From NCBI GenBank assembly GCA_037139015.1, contig JBAXHG010000001.1, positions 1 to 60,531 of the forward strand: 60,531 nt of DNA. Reading direction: 5' to 3'. The number at the start of each line of letters is the position of its first letter. Position 1 is the first letter of the stretch. Under the pieces are notes generated by a model. The model saw only the letters and a list, made by a program, of their open reading frames with translations, was not told where the DNA came from and made no database searches. Below are positions 57,974 through 60,531 of this stretch, in pieces. The position numbers were made by a program, and so were the translations under genes. Source of the DNA: Actinomycetes bacterium. Its GTDB lineage: Bacteria; Actinomycetota; Thermoleophilia; Solirubrobacterales; Solirubrobacteraceae.

Positions 57974-59037
57974 GACGGCTCCGTTTTCGTGCTTATGTGT
58001 TGACCTGCCTCAATCACGACCGCCGCGACTTCCCTCGCTGCGTCCGGACGGGCAAGGCTGGCGCTCGCTCCAGCCATCTCCTTTAGACGCGCCGGGTCCC
58101 TAAGCAGTGAGTCAACAGCCCTGCCAAGCGATGCGGCCGAAAGCTCACCGTCGGCCATCACAACCGCAGCCCCGGCTGCCTCCATCCAACGAGCATTTCC
58201 AGTCTGATGATCCCCCGCGGCGTGTGGGTATGGAATCAGGATGGCGGGGCAGCCCTGGGCGGCCAGCTCAAAAACCGACCCGCCGGCCCGCGCCACAGCG
58301 AGATCGCATGCCGCCACAGCCTCTCCAAAGCCCTCAACGTATCCCTCAAGATGGTAGGCGGCACGCGGGGACGTAAGGCTTGGAAGGTCCCGCTCGCCAG
58401 CCAGATGCAGCACCTCAAAGTCAGTGCTCGCAAACGCCTCAACCGCCGCCTTGTTGATCGATGAAGCACCAAGAGATCCCCCAGTAACAAGGACACACTG
58501 GGCGTCCGGCGAGATGCCAAACCGTTGCCTTGCAGCAGCCCTGTCAGTCGCACCAACGGGAACAGGCCTACCTGTGACCAGGAATTTCTCCGGACCGTGG
58601 CCCTCAATCGGAAATCCAAGACAGACCCTTTTCGCAAACCGAGCAAGGGCCCTGTTGCTTATTCCAAGATGGCTGTCAGCCTCAGTCAGCACCAACGGAG
58701 TCCGTGTGAGAACCGCAGCCGCGCCGGCAATGCCCGCCACATATCCACCTCCACCGAGAATCACATCAGGCCGGGTCTGTCGAACAAGACGCACGGCACC
58801 CAGCACTGCTGGGAGTGCCTTGAACGCTGCGCGTAACGCCTTGACTTTGGATGTACGACTCAGGCCCTCAGCCTGAAGCTGGTGAAATTTGAACCCTGCG
58901 GCCGGAACCAGTGACGCCTCTGCACGATCCCCTCCCACAAACTCAACCTCGTGAGCGGAGCCTCGGAGTTCGTCAGCGACGCTGAGCGCGGGAATCACGT
59001 GCCCGGCTGTCCCGCCGGCTGCGATCAGAATCCGCAT
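57970..59037 (-). CDS. murG: Undecaprenyldiphospho-muramoylpentapeptide beta-N-acetylglucosaminyltransferase
   Basis: MRILIAAGGTAGHVIPAL, TGGSLGA, RAGGSVFELAA...P.PHAAGDHQ..NA. Confidence 0.95.
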   Translation of the reverse strand: MRILIAAGGTAGHVIPALSVADELRGSAHEVEFVGGDRAEASLVPAAGFKFHQLQAEGLSRTSKVKALRAAFKALPAVLGAVRLVRQTRPDVILGGGGYVAGIAGAAAVLTRTPLVLTEADSHLGISNRALARFAKRVCLGFPIEGHGPEKFLVTGRPVPVGATDRAAARQRFGISPDAQCVLVTGGSLGASSINKAAVEAFASTDFEVLHLAGERDLPSLTSPRAAYHLEGYVEGFGEAVAACDLAVARAGGSVFELAAQGCPAILIPYPHAAGDHQTGNARWMEAAGAAVVMADGELSAASLGRAVDSLLRDPARLKEMAGASASLARPDAAREVAAVVIEAGQHISTKTEPS

Positions 59038-60256
59038 CCCAATCCTCGCTTGTTGAGGCGTCTATGTCTGGAACGGCCCGCAGGCGAGCGCCCCCCGTGG
59101 CAGCGATGTTCAACAGAAGCCCGGTTGAACACAGGAGAACAATCAAGTTGGTCGGGCCGTACGAGATGAACGGAAGCGGCACTCCCGTAAGCGGTGCGAT
59201 CCCAAGAACGACCCATATGTTGAGCATGGCTTGACAAGTGATCAACGCGGTAAGTCCCGCTGCAGTCAGCTTCGCATACGGATCAACGGCATCCCGGGCA
59301 ATGTTCATCCCCGCTCGCAGAATTGCGCCGAACAGGCCCAGTACGACGAGGATTCCAACCACACCAAGCTCCTCCCCGATCACAGCAAGGATGAAGTCAG
59401 TGTGAGCCTCAGGCAGGTAAAAGATCTTTTGCACTGACTGACCTGGCCCCACTCCAAGAATCCCGCCCGAGCCCAGCGCGATCTGACCCTGAACTGATTG
59501 GAAGCCACTGTCGGCCTGGTGAGCCCACGGGTGAAGGAATGCAGTCAATCTGGCGGCTCTATATGGAGATGCCACGGCAAACAGCAAAACTGCCATAACC
59601 GCACTTCCCAGGATCGGAGCTAGGACGCGCAGCGGCATTCCTGCCATCCAAACAATCGTGAGGCCCGTTGCCACACAAACGAGAGCTGTGCCCAAATCGG
59701 GCTCCTTTGCAATCAAGACTGCGGTAAGGAAGATCGGCCACATCACGAACTTGAAGGCAGACTTGAGATTGCCAAGCGTTTGAGACCGAGTGACTGCAAG
59801 GTGCGCCACATAGAGCACCAGCGCAAGCTTCCCGATCTCACTCGGCTGGAAGCTGGTCACGCCAAGGTTGATCCATCGCTGCGCCCCATTGATTGATTGA
59901 CCAACTCCGGGAAGCAGAACGGCAGCGATAGGGAACAGCGCCAATCCCATCAAGATCTTGCTGTGGCGGCCGATCGTGTCCAGTGGAATCCGTTGTAGAA
60001 ACCAAAGCAGCAGGAAGCCCGGGAGAACACCAAGGCCAAGCGTTCGCAGAAGAAGCCCTGTCCCCTGACCACCTGAAGAAAGGGCGTTGCTTGCAGACGA
60101 AGCGCTGTAGACCATCACAACTCCAATCGCCACCAGAATCACAACGGCGGTCGTGATTGCTCGGTGCTCCTTGGGGAAGACGAGGGTCCTTTGCTCTTGA
60201 GGCTCACGCACTTGAGCGGCAGGTGCGTTCTGCCTTCTGAGTCGGCGTCTGCTCAT
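58973..60256 (-). CDS. ftsW: SEDS-family cell division protein FtsW
   Basis: About 10 TM helices. QPSEIGKLALVLYVA, PDLGTALV, LPEAHTDFILAVIGEELG. Sits between murD and murG. Charged RD/RS tail; 65-nt overlap with murG. Confidence 0.9.
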   Translation of the reverse strand: MSRRRLRRQNAPAAQVREPQEQRTLVFPKEHRAITTAVVILVAIGVVMVYSASSASNALSSGGQGTGLLLRTLGLGVLPGFLLLWFLQRIPLDTIGRHSKILMGLALFPIAAVLLPGVGQSINGAQRWINLGVTSFQPSEIGKLALVLYVAHLAVTRSQTLGNLKSAFKFVMWPIFLTAVLIAKEPDLGTALVCVATGLTIVWMAGMPLRVLAPILGSAVMAVLLFAVASPYRAARLTAFLHPWAHQADSGFQSVQGQIALGSGGILGVGPGQSVQKIFYLPEAHTDFILAVIGEELGVVGILVVLGLFGAILRAGMNIARDAVDPYAKLTAAGLTALITCQAMLNIWVVLGIAPLTGVPLPFISYGPTNLIVLLCSTGLLLNIAATGGARLRAVPDIDASTSEDWDADSDRSRRDSRARDSRAQRR

Positions 60257-60531
60257 GCGCTGGCCTCAACAAGAGAGCAGAATTCCGCTCCACGCTGCTC
60301 AAAGTCCCTGAACTGATCGAAGCTTGCACAGGCCGGTGAAAGCAGAACTGACTCTCCCGAGTGGGCGGTTCGGGCGCAGGAGGCCACAGCAAGCCTCAGG
60401 TCTCCGTCCTGCTGGACATGAACACCACTTTCGGAGAGAATCTCAAACAACTGACCCGCGGCTTCGCCGATCAGGTGCACGGATACACAGTGGCCCGCGA
60501 CAGCAGCTCGAAGTGGGAGAAAGTCTTGGCC
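60253..60531 (-). CDS. murD: UDP-N-acetylmuramoylalanine--D-glutamate ligase, C-terminal fragment (continues past the right edge)
   Basis: The frame is open to the window end. C-terminal LLSPACASFDQFRDFEQRGAEF is the MurD tail signature. 4-nt overlap with ftsW. Confidence 0.85.
   Translation of the reverse strand, partial: GQDFLPLRAAVAGHCVSVHLIGEAAGQLFEILSESGVHVQQDGDLRLAVASCARTAHSGESVLLSPACASFDQFRDFEQRGAEFCSLVEASA

Overview
This window is a dense housekeeping stretch of a moderately high-GC, Actinobacteria-like chromosome. I call 66 CDS, 60 of them on the minus strand, many joined by 1-8 nt stop/start overlaps.

Gene order follows well-known conserved blocks:
- xerC ... ilvD-dprA-comM-(yraN)-rnhB-lepB-rplS-trmD-rimM-KH-rpsP
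- NfeD-smc-rnc-acpP-plsX-rpmF-yceD
- an acyl-CoA ligase, a DivIVA/ATP-synthase-b-like coiled-coil protein, then coaD-rsmD-recG-DAK2-rpmB
- the rib operon ribH-ribBA-ribE-ribD
- rpe-fmt-def-priA-metK, then der-cmk-aroA-tyrA-DAHPS-hisC-aroH
- rluB / rlmN, scpB-scpA, trpS, an SMR pump, gcvPB-PA-H-T
- the distal dcw cluster ftsZ-ftsQ-murB-murC-murG-ftsW-murD

I saw no rRNA, tRNA, CRISPR array, transposase or prophage. rpmF (58 aa) and a partial xerC at the left edge are absent from the ORF track; I found them by hand translation. For at least 12 genes the longest-ORF start in the track looks too long, and I give shorter starts.

I do not see a convincing novel defence-type system. The candidates for undescribed biology are modest:
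1. A plus-strand GT2 / SAM-methyltransferase / MOP-flippase cassette between ribD and rpe.
2. An 85-aa tandem zinc-ribbon ORF where rsmB normally sits between fmt and rpe.
3. A roughly 106-aa acidic, tandem-repeat C-terminal extension on ribosomal protein L19.
4. A 157-nt antisense overlap in which the low-complexity C-terminal tails of RlmN and ScpB use the same DNA.
5. yraN inverted relative to an otherwise conserved co-directional run.
6. A hairpin-rich ftsQ-ftsZ spacer.

All functional calls rest on motif recognition by eye. No database searches were run.
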